NCBI GenBank assembly: GCA_963745435.1
Contig: CAVUXK010000026.1
Location: 111,739 to 175,738, forward strand
Origin: an uncultured Acidobacteriota bacterium
Lineage (GTDB): Bacteria; Acidobacteriota; Terriglobia; Terriglobales; Acidobacteriaceae
DNA length: 64,000 nt
Direction: 5' to 3'
Shown here: positions 1-11,078 of the stretch, piece by piece
How positions within the stretch are numbered: position 1 is the stretch's first letter
Layout: each line of letters opens with the position of its first letter
Position numbers and translations under genes: made by a program
The notes under the pieces: model-generated
Seen by the model: only the letters and a program-made list of their open reading frames with translations
Database searches by the model: none
Told to the model about the DNA's origin: nothing

Positions 1-458
1 CACGTGTCGGCAACGAACTCGCCGTTGACGACTGTGGGATCGAAATTATTCACGGGCAGCGGTTCCAGGCCGATCTCTTTGGCGAAAGAGACCACGACTT
101 CGTTGTCGCCAAAGGCCGACCCCGTTGCGTAAGCCTGCCCCTCATACTCCATCAGGTAGGCGTTCCCGCCGAGGTGTGGTTCTTTTTCGAGGAGCAGGAA
201 GTCTCTGTTCTGCAGCAAGTATGCGGATGTGAGCCCGCTCATGCCGCCACCCACGATCACAACATCATGATTTGCCGTGACTGGAGGCCGTGTAAATACT
301 TTGCCGTCGCGCACCTGATGGCAAATCTTGTTTTCTTCGCCCTCAACCGTGGGCGTGGCTCCGGCGGGAGCGGCGAACAGAGCTTGATCGATCGGACAGC
401 CCGATGCCACTGCACCCGCCACAACAAACTTGATGAAGTCCCTGCGATTGGAACTCAC
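1..458 (-). CDS. FAD-dependent amine-oxidase-like oxidoreductase with Tat signal (N-terminal ~152 codons; 3' end outside window)
   Basis: Not in the ORF track: GTG start at 456-458, open to the window edge. My reverse-strand translation reads VSSNRRDFIKFVVAGAVASGCP (twin-arginine motif). It continues DVVIVGGGMSGLTSAYLL..LLEKEPHLGGNA (GxGxxG FAD fold plus E..GG, typical of flavin amine oxidases). GGAGA lies 7 nt upstream, right after the upstream permease stop. Confidence 0.7.
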   Translation of the reverse strand, partial: MSSNRRDFIKFVVAGAVASGCPIDQALFAAPAGATPTVEGEENKICHQVRDGKVFTRPPVTANHDVVIVGGGMSGLTSAYLLQNRDFLLLEKEPHLGGNAYLMEYEGQAYATGSAFGDNEVVVSFAKEIGLEPLPVNNFDPTVVNGEFVADT

Positions 459-470
459 GTTGGGTTCTCC

Positions 471-1307
471 TTAGACTGCGGTATCGATCAGTTCCGCGGC
501 AACCTCTGTCGTGCCCTCGGCCTTGCGCAAGCGGTACCAGAGCGTGATCGCCGCCAATGAAAAAACGAAGATGATGGTTGAGATGGCATTAATCTCCGGA
601 GTGATGCCTCGCCGCAGCCTTCCCCAGATCTCGAGCGGCAGCGTGTTGTTACGCCCGATCAGGAAGAAACTCACGGCGATCTCGTCCATCGAGAGAGTGA
701 AAATCAACAATGCAGCGCCGATGATTGACAGCTTCAAGTTGGGGAGCGTTACGCGCAAGAAAGTCTGCCAGTAGTTGGCGCCCAGATCGAGCGAGGCCTC
801 TTCCTGTGCCCGGTCCAGTTTCTGAAGGCCGGCGAAGACCTCGGTGGTTGCCACTGAAATCAGAGCGGTACCGTGGCCGAGCACGATCGTCAGCAGGCTG
901 AGCTTGATGTGCGATTCGTTAAACAGCATCAAGAGCGAGAGGCCTGTGATGATTCCGGGCAAAATCAACGGCAACAGCACCAGGCGGCGGAAGAGAGCTT
1001 TTCCGGGAAATTGCGCGCGGTCGAGTGCGAGCGCTGCAGGGATACCTAGACCCAGCGCGATGGCCACGGCGCACGCAGCCACAAGCAGGCTGTTGCCGAC
1101 TGATTCCCAGATCGCACCGTCTGCGAAGAGCGTCCGATACCAATCGAGCGTCAGATCGCGTGGCGGGAAACCGCCGACTCCTGCTCCGTTGAAAGAGTAA
1201 ACAATCAGCACTGCGATCGGCAGATACAAAAATGCGAAAACCACGATGGCATGGGCCGTCAGCCATCGGGATCCTTGTACTCCCGCGCCGCTCATGAAAA
1301 ACTCCAT
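471..1307 (-). CDS. ABC transporter permease, spermidine/putrescine PotC-like
   Basis: ORF 471..1307 (278 aa), multi-TM, with EAA loop QEEASLDLGANYWQTFLRVTLPNL. An alternative ATG at 1295 overlaps the upstream stop as ATGA. Gene order is SBP-ATPase-permease-permease. Confidence 0.85.
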   Translation of the reverse strand: MEFFMSGAGVQGSRWLTAHAIVVFAFLYLPIAVLIVYSFNGAGVGGFPPRDLTLDWYRTLFADGAIWESVGNSLLVAACAVAIALGLGIPAALALDRAQFPGKALFRRLVLLPLILPGIITGLSLLMLFNESHIKLSLLTIVLGHGTALISVATTEVFAGLQKLDRAQEEASLDLGANYWQTFLRVTLPNLKLSIIGAALLIFTLSMDEIAVSFFLIGRNNTLPLEIWGRLRRGITPEINAISTIIFVFSLAAITLWYRLRKAEGTTEVAAELIDTAV

Positions 1308-2140
1308 CTCTTCTCCAACCGCTCAGACAGGAAGAGAAGAGCCACTACCAGGACGAGCATACAGAACGAAATCGCCGCCCCAAGCGGCCAGTTGTATGCC
1401 GCGCCGAACAGGCTCACCACGATATTCGAAATCATGATGCCGCTAGGTCCGCCCAGCAACAGCGGAGCCAGAAAATCTCCGAGGCTCAGTACAAAGGCGA
1501 AAGTCGCACCCGCCAAAACGCCCGGAATCGACAGCGGCAAAATTACTCGCCAGAACGTCTGTATGGGAGTCGCCCCGAGATCGTGTGAGGCTTCGACCAG
1601 GTTGCGCGGGATGTGTTCGAGGGAAGCGTAAATCGGCAAAAGGGTGAAAGGCGTGTAGATGTGAGTAAGCGTCAACACAACGGCGAACGGACTGTACAGC
1701 AGAAAGTCCAGCGGGTGCGACGTGAGGTGGGCATACTGCAAAAGCGTATTCAGCACACCGTCACTGCCAAGAATCGTTTTCCACGCGTAAGCCCGTACGA
1801 GATAGCTCACCCACAAAGGAATGATGACCAGTTGGTACAAGAGATCCTTGCGTGCGCCGGCGCGAAATGACAAGAAGTAGGCAAGTGGATATCCCAGGAG
1901 CAGAGAAAACAGCGTTACCCGCGCCGCGATCCACATGGAGCGCACGAGCGTTTGCCAGTAAACATCCACTCGGAGCAGTTGCTGGTAATTCTCCAAACTC
2001 CAGGAGTGAACGATGGTCTGCGATGAAGACAATGACCAGAAGCTGTAACAGAACATCAGCAGGTAGGGCACAAGCAGAAACAAGCTGACCCACAAAAGCG
2101 GAGGCACGGTGATCACCGTTCTGTAGGCTCGCGAGAACAT
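1292..2140 (-). CDS. ABC transporter permease, spermidine/putrescine PotB-like
   Basis: ORF 1292..2140 (282 aa), multi-TM, with EAA loop VEASHDLGATPIQTFWRVILPLSIPG. Tightly packed between the ATPase and the second permease. Confidence 0.85.
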   Translation of the reverse strand: MFSRAYRTVITVPPLLWVSLFLLVPYLLMFCYSFWSLSSSQTIVHSWSLENYQQLLRVDVYWQTLVRSMWIAARVTLFSLLLGYPLAYFLSFRAGARKDLLYQLVIIPLWVSYLVRAYAWKTILGSDGVLNTLLQYAHLTSHPLDFLLYSPFAVVLTLTHIYTPFTLLPIYASLEHIPRNLVEASHDLGATPIQTFWRVILPLSIPGVLAGATFAFVLSLGDFLAPLLLGGPSGIMISNIVVSLFGAAYNWPLGAAISFCMLVLVVALLFLSERLEKRWSFS

Positions 2141-2142
2141 GG

Positions 2143-3238
2143 TCAGGATATCTCCGCCGATTCGCGGACCGGCACTGCGTCCGCCGGATCAAACTCGAAT
2201 TCCAGTTGGCCCTGCCAGTCGGGTCGCGCCGCAGCTCGCACCGAAAACGTCAGCCCGTCCGCGCATTCGATTTGCAACAACTCCGTCGAGCCGTGAAAAG
2301 CTCGATGTCTCAACTGCCCTCGGAACCGCACTGTGTCCCGCGAGCCCGATGGTCCGGCGACGCGAATGTTTTCGGGACGCAACGACAGTAGCGCGGGGCC
2401 ATCGGAAAGCGGCGCCGCCCACGAAAGGGAATTGCAGCGAACGACTCCCCCCTGCACTGTCGTTCGCAGAAGATTTGTGTGCCCGATGAACTGAGCCGTG
2501 TAAGCGGTTGCCGGCCGGCTGTAGATTTCGCGCGGGCTCGCTACTTGTTCCAGTTCTCCCATGCGCAACAGCGCGATCCGGTCCGACATGACCATCGCCT
2601 CTTCCTGGTCATGCGTCACGAAGACGAACGCGATACCAACTTCTCGCTGCAGGGATTTCAACTCCACCTGCATCTGGCGGCGCAGGTTCGCGTCCAACGC
2701 CGAGAGCGGTTCGTCCAGCAGCAATAGCTGAGGACGCTTTACCGAGCGCCCTGGCCAGGGCGACGCGCTGTTGCTGACCACCGCTGATTTTCGACGGCTT
2801 GGCTTTCGCATGGACAGTCATCTTCACTCGAGCGAGTGCCTGTTCCACGCGCGCCGAAATTTCCGCCCCAGTCTGTTTCTCCACGCGCAGCCCGTAGCCG
2901 ACGTTCTCCTCGACCGTGAGGTGAGGGAACAGGGCATAGTGCTGAAAGACCGTGTTGACGCGTCTCTTATAAGGAGGCAGCACGTCCAGGCGCTCGCCCT
3001 TCATCCAGACTTCGCCCGACGTCGCGCCCTCAAATCCCGCGACGATGCGCAGCAGCGTCGTCTTGCCGGAGCCGCTTTCTCCGAGAATCGTAAGGAACTC
3101 GCCTTCGGCGACTTTGAGAGAAATGTCGCGGAGCACCACGCTTTTTCCGAAGGTCTTTGCAACTTTGCGAATCTCGAGAAGCGTCGCCGAGGCGATTGTT
3201 CCCGAAGCCGTGCTCTCGGACTGTTCGGTGGTCAGCAT
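2143..3238 (-). pseudogene. ABC transporter ATP-binding protein, PotA-like; frame broken by one indel near 2742
   Basis: ORF 2609..3238 carries Walker A GESGSGKTT and the signature ISGGQQQRVALARAL. ORF 2143..2811, in another frame, carries Walker B LLLLDEPLSALD, H-loop VTHDQ and a PotA-type C-terminal domain (AQFIGHTN). Deleting one C of CC at 2742-2743 gives the continuous read ALARALVKRPQLLLLDEP. Confidence 0.9.
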
Positions 3239-3305
3239 GATTCCGTGTTGCGCTACTTCTCAAGCGCGAGCCGGGTCGTGCGATGCAACTGCCCCTCGTG
3301 ATCGG

Positions 3306-4367
3306 CTATTGCGCCGCTTTCACTTCGTTCCATATCTCGTTGTACTTCGGACGCCGAGGTACGTCTTGCCAGAAGTAGATCCGCTTCTGATAGCTGTCGA
3401 CATCATCGAGATGCAAGCCCTGTCTTTGCTCGGCGGTCATGAGTGGTCCAGCTTGCGGGTTTGCAGGAACGTAATTCGTGACGTCGGCGACCAGTTTCTG
3501 CGTTTTCGCCTGGACCATGTACTCGAGAAACCGGTACGCGAGTTCTTTATTGTCGCTGGCAGCCGTGATCATCAGGTGATCGATCCAACCGGTGGTATTT
3601 TCCTTGGGAATTGTTTCTCCCACCGGAAAGTTCTTCTTCTTCAGTTCCACGGTATTCAGCGGCCAGCCCATCGCCACGACCACTTCGTGATTTTGAAAAA
3701 GGTTCGTGAGTTCGCCCCCGCTCGTCCACATTTTGCGAACGTTCGGTTTCAGTTCCAGCAGCTTTTTCTTGACCGCCTCGAGTTGAGTATCGCTCAGGTT
3801 GTACAGCTGGTTTGGATCAGGTCTGTCGTAGCCGAGAAGTTGTGCGGCCATGAAGACGGTCGAAAGATCATCCCAAACTGAAATCTTGCCGCGATACTTC
3901 GGATCCCACAGCACACTCCAGCTGTCGGGCGGTTGCGCAAAAGCCGTCGTGTCGTAGATCAGCGGATTGGGACCCCAGGTAAAGGGAACGCCGTAGACGT
4001 TGTCCTTCACACGAACGAGCGACATGGAAGTCAGCTTTGAAGAGAGCTGGCTGTAGGTCGGAATACGCGACAGATCGAGCGGCGCGGCAAGGCCGGCCGA
4101 TGCGATCATGGTCGCGACATCGCTCGACGGAGAGATCACGTCATAATTGCTGGCGCTGCCGCCTCGCAGCTTGGCAACCAGTTCGTCGCTCGATCCCATG
4201 TAAGACGCGGAGACCTTGCACTGGCACTGCTCTTCGAAGCCTTTCACGAAGAGCGGATCGGCGTAGCCTTCCCACACCAACAGATTCAGCGTCGGGTTTT
4301 TCTTTGCACAGGATCCGAGAGCGAGTGTTGCGACCAGTAGAGCAATGACTGCAGATAGCCTGCGCAT
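3306..4367 (-). CDS. Periplasmic polyamine-binding lipoprotein, PotD/PotF family
   Basis: ORF 3306..4496. The likely start is the internal Met at 4367, giving MRRLSAVIALLVATLALGSC (lipobox). The body resembles PotD/F (LNLLVWEGYADP..YDVISPSSD..). Codons upstream of 4367 overlap the amidohydrolase tail. Confidence 0.8.
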   Translation of the reverse strand: MRRLSAVIALLVATLALGSCAKKNPTLNLLVWEGYADPLFVKGFEEQCQCKVSASYMGSSDELVAKLRGGSASNYDVISPSSDVATMIASAGLAAPLDLSRIPTYSQLSSKLTSMSLVRVKDNVYGVPFTWGPNPLIYDTTAFAQPPDSWSVLWDPKYRGKISVWDDLSTVFMAAQLLGYDRPDPNQLYNLSDTQLEAVKKKLLELKPNVRKMWTSGGELTNLFQNHEVVVAMGWPLNTVELKKKNFPVGETIPKENTTGWIDHLMITAASDNKELAYRFLEYMVQAKTQKLVADVTNYVPANPQAGPLMTAEQRQGLHLDDVDSYQKRIYFWQDVPRRPKYNEIWNEVKAAQ

Positions 4368-4371
4368 GGAC

Positions 4372-6158
4372 CTACTTCGCCTCCACTTTGTGCTGAGTAC
4401 TCGCTGATTTCCAGTCTGCAGACTCGTAAACAACTTTTCCGCCGACCATCGTGAGCAGAACTTCTGTCTTTCCGATTGCCGTCGGCTCAATCTCAAACAA
4501 ATTGCGGTCGATGACGATCAAGTCCGCAAGCTTCCCCTTTTCCAGCGATCCTTCCCTTTGCTCGCGATGTCCGGCAAACGCCGCGCCCATGGTGTAACCG
4601 CGAATCGCATCGGCCAGGCTGATGCGCTCCTTCGGAACAAAGCCTTCCGGAGGATTTCCTTCAACCGTCTGACGAGTGACCGCATTTTGTATCCCTTCCC
4701 AAGGATTCAAGCGTCACGATCGGCCAGTCGCTGCCAAAAGCGAGAACTGCCGCCGTCGGCCTGAACGCTGCGCCACGCCCATCCGCGCTGGCCACGCTCG
4801 GGCCCAACGTTGCGAAGCCACACCAAGAGCGTGTCATCGTCGGGATAAGCATGCAGAGGCTGAAAACTGGCAATGACTCCCAGCTTGCCGAAGCGAGGTA
4901 TGTCTTCCGCGGACACATCTTCGATGTGTTCAATGCGATGGCGCCGATCCTTCGTGCCGTTCTGCTGGGCAGCGTTTTCGTACGCATCCAGCGTCACGCG
5001 AATTGCCCGATCCCCAATTGCATGCGTGAAGATCTGAATTCCGCGCTTGTCGAGATCGGCAACGATATTTTTATAGGTCACCGGATCCCACAGCAGGCTG
5101 CCGGAAAGCTTGGGATCGTCGCTGTACGGAGCGAGCATGGCGGCCGTGTGCGATTCGATCACGCCGTCCATGAAGAACTTCACTGCGCCGGCGGAGATCC
5201 ACTCGTCGTGATACTTGCTGCGCGCGTCTTCGACTTCCTGCATTTGCTTTGGCGTCAGGGTTGGCGGCTCCGCACGGTACGCCATATACATCCGCACGGT
5301 GAGTTCGCCCGACTTGCGCATCTGCTCGAGCAGATCTGCATTCATCAGGTCGCTCATGCCGACGCCCACTCCTCCGGCGGCATGAACGCGCACCAATCCA
5401 ACGCGGTTCGCTTCCTTGAACCCTGCTTTGTAGGCAGCGAGTTTCTCTTCCCGCGAGGGCAGCGGCAGAACGGGAATCATCAGCGCGTCGGCGGAGTCTT
5501 CTTTTAGTGCACCCGTCGGTTCCCCTGTCGCCGGATCGCGGACGATTTCGCCACCAGGAGGATTTGGCGTTTCACGCGTGATCCCCGCCAATTTCAGGGC
5601 TTTGCTGTTTGCCCACCAGGTGTGTCCATCGAATGCCTCAAGGTAGACGGGGCGGTCGGGAATGATCGCGTCGAGATCTTTCTTGTTGGGAAGATTCGTT
5701 GGCCCCATCGCCGGGTAGGTCCAGCCGCGTCCGCGCACCCACGGTTGCTCAGGGTGCGCCTCGGCGTAAGCTTTAACCCGCCGCAGGATTTCCGGAATAT
5801 CCTTCGCGTCGTCGAGGTGCACACGATCCAGGCTCAACGCGCCATCGAGAAAGTGCGTATGGCAATCGGTGAGTCCGGGCAGAAGCAACCGACCGCCGGC
5901 ATCGATGACTCTGGTCTTGCTGCCGCGATAGGCGTCGACATCCTTCGCACTCCCGACCGCGAGGATCTCGTCCCCGTGGACCGCAATCGCCTCCGCCCAA
6001 GCCTGCTTCGGATTCATCGTATATACGCGGGCATTCACCACTAAAACGTCGGCGATTGGATGAGTGTCGTCCTTGGCATGACTGCAAGTCACCACGGCAA
6101 CAAAGACGAGTAGAAACTGGATGGCAACCCGAGCGCAGGATCGGAGTTTTGCTCTCAA
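4372..6158 (-). pseudogene. Secreted metal-dependent amidohydrolase (Amidohydro_3-like); two indels near 4700-4760
   Basis: ORF 4707..6158 has a signal peptide (MRAKLRSCARVAIQFLLVFVAVVTCSHA) and the metal motif LPGLTDCHTHF. The C-terminus continues in ORF 4661..4987 (VLAFGSDWPIVTL) and ORF 4372..4710 (NPWEGIQNAVTRQ..GSLEKGKLADLIVIDRNLF). Confidence 0.8.
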
Positions 6159-6186
6159 AAGTGTCCTCAGTGAATAACTGGGAACT

Positions 6187-6207
6187 GGCCACTAACCACT
6201 AACCGCT
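6187..6207. repeat. Short heptanucleotide array (AACCACT-type), 3 units
   Basis: ggccact aaccact aaccgct, between the amidohydrolase start and the regulator stop. Confidence 0.6.
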
Positions 6208-6210
6208 GCA

Positions 6211-7011
6211 CTAAAACGTTGGCGGAGTGTTCACCCAAAGCACCCATGTTTCAGAGCGCCCGGGGTTCTTCCACCGGTGAGGCGTCGCGCTTTCAAAGTA
6301 GAAACTGTCGCCAGACTTCAATCGAAATTCCTGGCTGTCGAGAGCCAAGTGCAACTCGCCCCGCAAGACCATCAGGAACTCCTCGCCTTCATGGGTATAG
6401 GACTCGCCGCTGCCTGCCTTCGGCGCGATACGAAACAGATGAGGTTCCATGACGGTATTGCCCCAGGCCAGCAACTCCATGCGCACGCCCGGTCCGGCTT
6501 CGAGCACTTTACGCTCAGACGGTCGCACTAATCTTCGATTGGTCTCAGCAGGATCAAAAAAGTCGAGGATGTTCGTTTTGTAGAAACGCGCCAGGCGTCG
6601 GAGCGTGGCGATGGATGCGCTCATCTGCGAACGCTCGATGGCGCTGAGGAAGCCCACGGAAATTGTCACCGCTCTTGCCACCTCTGCCAAAGACAGTTTG
6701 CGTCGCAAGCGCAGTTGGCGCAGGCGCGCACCGATGGCCCCAACAGCACCATCTGTCGTGGGTCGCAACAAACCTTCGCGCTTGAGGAGTTCCACAATAG
6801 CCGGTGCATTCAGACCGCGCACCCGCCTCAGGAAGCGTGCGCGTTTGAGCAACTTCACATCTTCGGCTGTGTACAACCGATACTTGCTCTCGGTGCGCTG
6901 CGGACGGGTCAGGCCCAGACTCTCCCAAGTACGAATTACTGACGGAGAAACCCCCACCATGCGCGCCACATCGCCGATTTTCAAGTAAGGTTTGGCGCCG
7001 TTCGCATTCAT
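6211..7011 (-). CDS. Three-domain transcription regulator: MerR-type HTH + XRE-type HTH + C-terminal cupin (PuuR-like core)
   Basis: 266-aa ORF. Residues ~10-78 read YLKIGDVARMVGVSPSVIRTWESLGL..YRLYTAEDVKLLKRARFL (MerR). Residues ~95-150 read LRQLRLRRKLSLAEVARAVTISVGFLSAIERSQMSASIATLRRLARFY (XRE). Residues ~190-260 form a cupin (HTHEGEEFLMVLRGEL..GDSFYFESATPHRW). Confidence 0.8.
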   Translation of the reverse strand: MNANGAKPYLKIGDVARMVGVSPSVIRTWESLGLTRPQRTESKYRLYTAEDVKLLKRARFLRRVRGLNAPAIVELLKREGLLRPTTDGAVGAIGARLRQLRLRRKLSLAEVARAVTISVGFLSAIERSQMSASIATLRRLARFYKTNILDFFDPAETNRRLVRPSERKVLEAGPGVRMELLAWGNTVMEPHLFRIAPKAGSGESYTHEGEEFLMVLRGELHLALDSQEFRLKSGDSFYFESATPHRWKNPGRSETWVLWVNTPPTF

Positions 7012-7065
7012 CGTAAACAGCCTGTTTTCGCGGTTTTACTTCTGCTCGAGATCGCTATTTTTCGC

Positions 7066-7114
7066 TTGACAGTGCGCGGCAGGTTCTCTAACCTTGCGCG
7101 ATTATAGCAAGGTT
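7066..7114 (+). promoter_or_regulatory. Candidate sigma-70 promoter (TTGACA-17-TAACCT) overlapping a perfect 8-bp inverted repeat operator
   Basis: TTGACA at 7066-7071 and TAACCT at 7089-7094. Inverted repeat AACCTTGC-N9-GCAAGGTT at 7090-7114. It lies in the divergent region between the MerR/XRE/cupin regulator and the TonB-dependent receptor. Confidence 0.4.
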
Positions 7115-7183
7115 TCTAGTTGGCGCAAGCGAATCTGTTGGCCAAGAATCGATCGGAAAATTTCCCCGCCTCCCGGAGGTCTT

Positions 7184-10100
7184 ATGCGGTCGTTGAAAGC
7201 GACGCGAGTCCCGTTCGTCCTCTTCTTCTGCCTCGTTTGTTCCACCCTGCTGATCGCACAAAGCACGGGCGGCCGAATTCTGGGGCGCGTGTCCGATGCC
7301 AGCGGCGCGATCGTGGCAGGCGTCAAAATCAACCTGACTAACGACGCCACCGGAGCGAACCGTGACGCCACCACCAGCGAGAGCGGGGACTATGTTTTCG
7401 TGGAGGTGCCGCCTGGACAGTACAGCGTCAGGTTCGAGCAGCAGGGTTTCTCGAGTAACCTGCGCAAGGGCGTAACGGTCGAGATCAATCAGGTCGTCAC
7501 GCTGAATGTGACGATGCAGGTTGGGCAGACGAAAGAAGTCGTAGAAGTCACCTCCGACGCTCCTCTGATCGAAACTACCAGCACGCAGATGGGCGCAGTG
7601 GTCAACGAGCGTTCCGTGGTGCAGTTGCCGCTCAACGCGCGCGACACCTATCAGTTGCTGTCGCTGCAGCCTGGCGTGCAGTCACAGACTGGAACCGACC
7701 TCTTCTACGGCAGCGATCGCGCCGGGGTTGTTTCGGTGAATGGCGGCCGTGGACGCTCCAACAACTTCAGCGTCAATGGCGGCGACGCCAACGATCAGTT
7801 CGCGAACCTGCCCGCGGTGCAGCCTTCTCCAGATTCCATCGAAGAGTTCCGCGTTCTGACGAATACCTTCGACGCAGAGTACGGCCGCAATTCCGGAGCC
7901 GTGGTCAACGTGGTCACGAAGTCCGGAACGAACAGTCTGCATGGAAACGTGTACGAATTTTTCCGCAATGATGCTTGAACTGCCAAGGGGTACTTCGACA
8001 TCGAGAAGCCCGCTTTCCATCAGAACCAGTTTGGCGGAACGTTGGGCGGACCCATCAAGAAAGGATCGGACCTTCTTCTTCACTTCGTATGAAGGCCGGC
8101 GCATCCGGAAGGGAAATCCTCGGATGCCGTGACCGTACCCACGGCTGACGAGCGCAGACGGTAATTTCGGTGCCGAGGTCGGTATTCGTCAGGCTCGATT
8201 AACGACCAGACCGTTGGCCGGACCAACTCGCTGCAAACGACGTATCGGCGCGGGGCCTGCGCAACTACTGATGTAAGCGCCGCGGGCGGTTCACTGCGAT
8301 CGCTCCGGGCCCAGTCGTTCGCTGACATTTTTCCGGGCAACTAGATTCCGACATCTTGCATGGACCCAGTCGCAGTCGACCTGATGAACCAGTTCGTGCC
8401 CCAGGGCAATCGACCTCTCGGACGGCACTCGGTCTTCCAGACCGTCGCCGGTATCCACAAAGACCGCACCGACCAGTTCACCGGCAAGCTGGATCACCGG
8501 ATCAACGACAAGCAGAACCTGTCGGCTTACTACTATTTCAACGACAGCACGTTGTTCGATCCTTACTCGCGCTTCCAGTCGGGCGGCGCCGATGTGCTCA
8601 ATTTCGGTGCGGGCACGCGCGGAGCGCTACCAGCAAGCGAACGTGACCCACAACTTCACGATCACCAACGCCCTCGTCAACGAGGCACACTTCACTTACT
8701 TCCGAGAGGCCCAAGGCACATTCCTCCATCCGCAGCGAACCAACCTGGTGCAGAATTCCTGCGCCACCGTCTCACCCGACGCCTGCTTCAGTGATGGCAC
8801 GCCGGGCAATGCCACCGGCATCCATCCGGGCTTGGGAGCGAGTCGCGAAGGCGTTCCGTTTGTGACGCTCTCCGGCGGTTTCGCGTTCGGCAACAACTTC
8901 GAAGGCGAGATCCCGCAATCCGGGAACACGTATCAGATCTCTGACAACCTGAGTTGGGTAAAGGGCACGCACACCATGAAGTTCGGAACCGACGTGCGCC
9001 GCCAGCAATTCGATCAGACCCTCTACTACAACGTGAACGGCGAGTACAACTACTACGGCGGCGGACCCAAACGATGTCGGGCTTCGACGATCTGATGCCC
9101 AACTATCTTCTGGGGCTTCCCGATACCTACAGTCAGGGCTCAGGACAGATTGAGAAGGTACGCAGCACGATCTTCTCTCTGTTCGCCCAGGACAGCTGGA
9201 AGATTCGTCCGAACTCAACCTTGAACTACGGATTGCGTTGGGAGTTGTTCACTCCGCTGACCGATGTCAGCCAGCACGTGCAGAGCTTCCGGCCAGGACA
9301 GGTCAGCACCGTTTATCCGTGCCAGCTCTCTCAGTCGAGCATCGACTTCTTCACGACATCAAATCGGATTTCGCAAACCCGGACTGCAACAACACAGGAG
9401 TGATTCCCACCGGCCTGGTGGTTCCGGGCGACAAGGGCATTCCCGCCGCGCTGACCTCCACCTACTACAAGACGTTTCGCTCCGCGCCTCGGCATCGCCT
9501 ACAGCCCCGGCACTTCCGGCAAGACCAGCATTCGCGCTGGCTGGGGCATGTTCTACAACCCGATGGAGCAATTGGTGCTCGAGCAGTTCAGCGCAGAGCC
9601 TCCGTTTGGCGGCAGCAACATCATCAACTACCCGCTCTTCAATACTCCGTTTGAAGATCAGACTGGTCTCGATCAAACCGAATCCGTTCAACGGGATTTT
9701 GAATCCTCCGCGAAATCAGCCAGTGGACTGGTCGATCTACCGGCCGATCCTGCTCTATGGACAGTTCCAACCGCATCTGCGCACGCAGTACTCGGCGCAG
9801 TACAACCTGAATATCCAGCGGGAGCTCACGAAGGATCTTGTTCTGCAGGTCGGTTATGTCGGCTCGCAAGGACACCGCTTGCTGGCCAGTCACGACGTGA
9901 ACTATGGCAACGCCCAAACGTGCTTGGACCTGCAAGCGATTTCGGACTCAACCGGCGACACTGATCTGGCGTGCGGCCCCTTTTATGCTGACAGTGTCTT
10001 CCAGATTCCGGGTGGCACGGTTCTCCCGGTCGATCTCCATCTGCCGTACGTACAAAATCACTCAACGATTGCCGCAGGCACGACCTTAGGGCCGAATGGG

Positions 10101-10976
10101 ATCACGCTGGTGGGGCTGCGGCCTTACTCTTCACCGAATTGCGATCCCTTGAGCGGCACCGGTTGCCCGCCCGATGGGACACCCGTCTTCTCCAGTATCT
10201 TCGCCGAAGATACCATTGCCAACTCGAACTACAATTCGCTGCAAGTGTCTCTGGAGAAGCGTTTCAGTCGTGGACTGCAGGCCAACCTTGCCTACACATT
10301 CAGCAAATCGTTCGACGGGCGTCCAGCTTTGAAGGCGAACTAAATCCGCTCGATTTTCACTCCACCTACTCGCTGTCGCAGTTCGATTCGCGCCATCGAC
10401 TGGTGCTCAGCTATGTTTGGGAGTTGCCTGTTCCCAAATACAGCGGCTTCAAGGGCGGCGTGCTCAATGGATGGGATGTTTCCGGCATCTACACCTATCC
10501 AGAGCGGATTTCCTATCCGAATCACTTCGTCCTCGGACAACGAACTGATGTACAGCGCGTTCTTCGAGTACCCCGGAGAACCTGATCAGATCGCACCTTT
10601 CCGGACACTCAACCCGAAGTCCAACGGTGGCTACTGGTTCGATTCCACTGAAATGCAACGGTTGCACCGGACACGAAAGCGACCTGCACGGACAGAAAGT
10701 ATCGGGCACGACTGCTCGGCCGAATCGGAAACGCAAAGCGCACAATCTGCTGTGGCCCGCCGATCAATAACTTCGATTTCGCGCTTCACAAGGTGTTGCC
10801 TATCGGAGGAAGCGAGAGGCAAGCGTTTTGAATTCCGCTCCGAGTTCTTCAACTTGTTCAATCACACGCAATTTAACAACCCAGACGGCAACATCACCGA
10901 CGGCTCAGACTTTGGCCGTATCAAGCGCGCGCGCGAGCCTCGGCTGATCCAGCTAGCTATCAAGTTCTATTTTTAG
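7184..10976 (+). pseudogene. TonB-dependent outer-membrane receptor (CarboxypepD_reg + plug + barrel); at least 8 frame changes
   Basis: Start MRSLKATRVPFVLFFCLVCSTLLIAQS (signal peptide). CarboxypepD_reg segment RILGRVSDASGAIVAGVKINLTNDATG..GDYVFVEVPPGQYSV. Plug segment VVEVTSDAPLIETTSTQMGAVVNERSVVQLPLNARD. The barrel pieces are spread over ORFs 7094, 7941, 8360, 8592, 8954, 9264, 9548, 10139 and 10413. The C-terminus is FFNLFNHTQFNNPDG..RLIQLAIKFYF, ending in a terminal Phe. Confidence 0.85.
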
Positions 10977-11005
10977 ATGAGACAATAGTCACTCAGACCC
11001 CAAGT

Positions 11006-11030
11006 CCCGGGCGGCTTTCCGCCGCCCGGG
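11006..11030 (+). terminator. GC-rich hairpin after the receptor gene
   Basis: CCCGGGCGGC (11006-15), loop TTTCC, GCCGCCCGGG (11021-30): a 10-bp perfect stem 30 nt after the stop. There is no clear U-tract. Confidence 0.4.
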
Positions 11031-11078
11031 CACAATCTAACGGCCGTCACTCGGCCTGAGCATTCCTGGAGACTCCCG

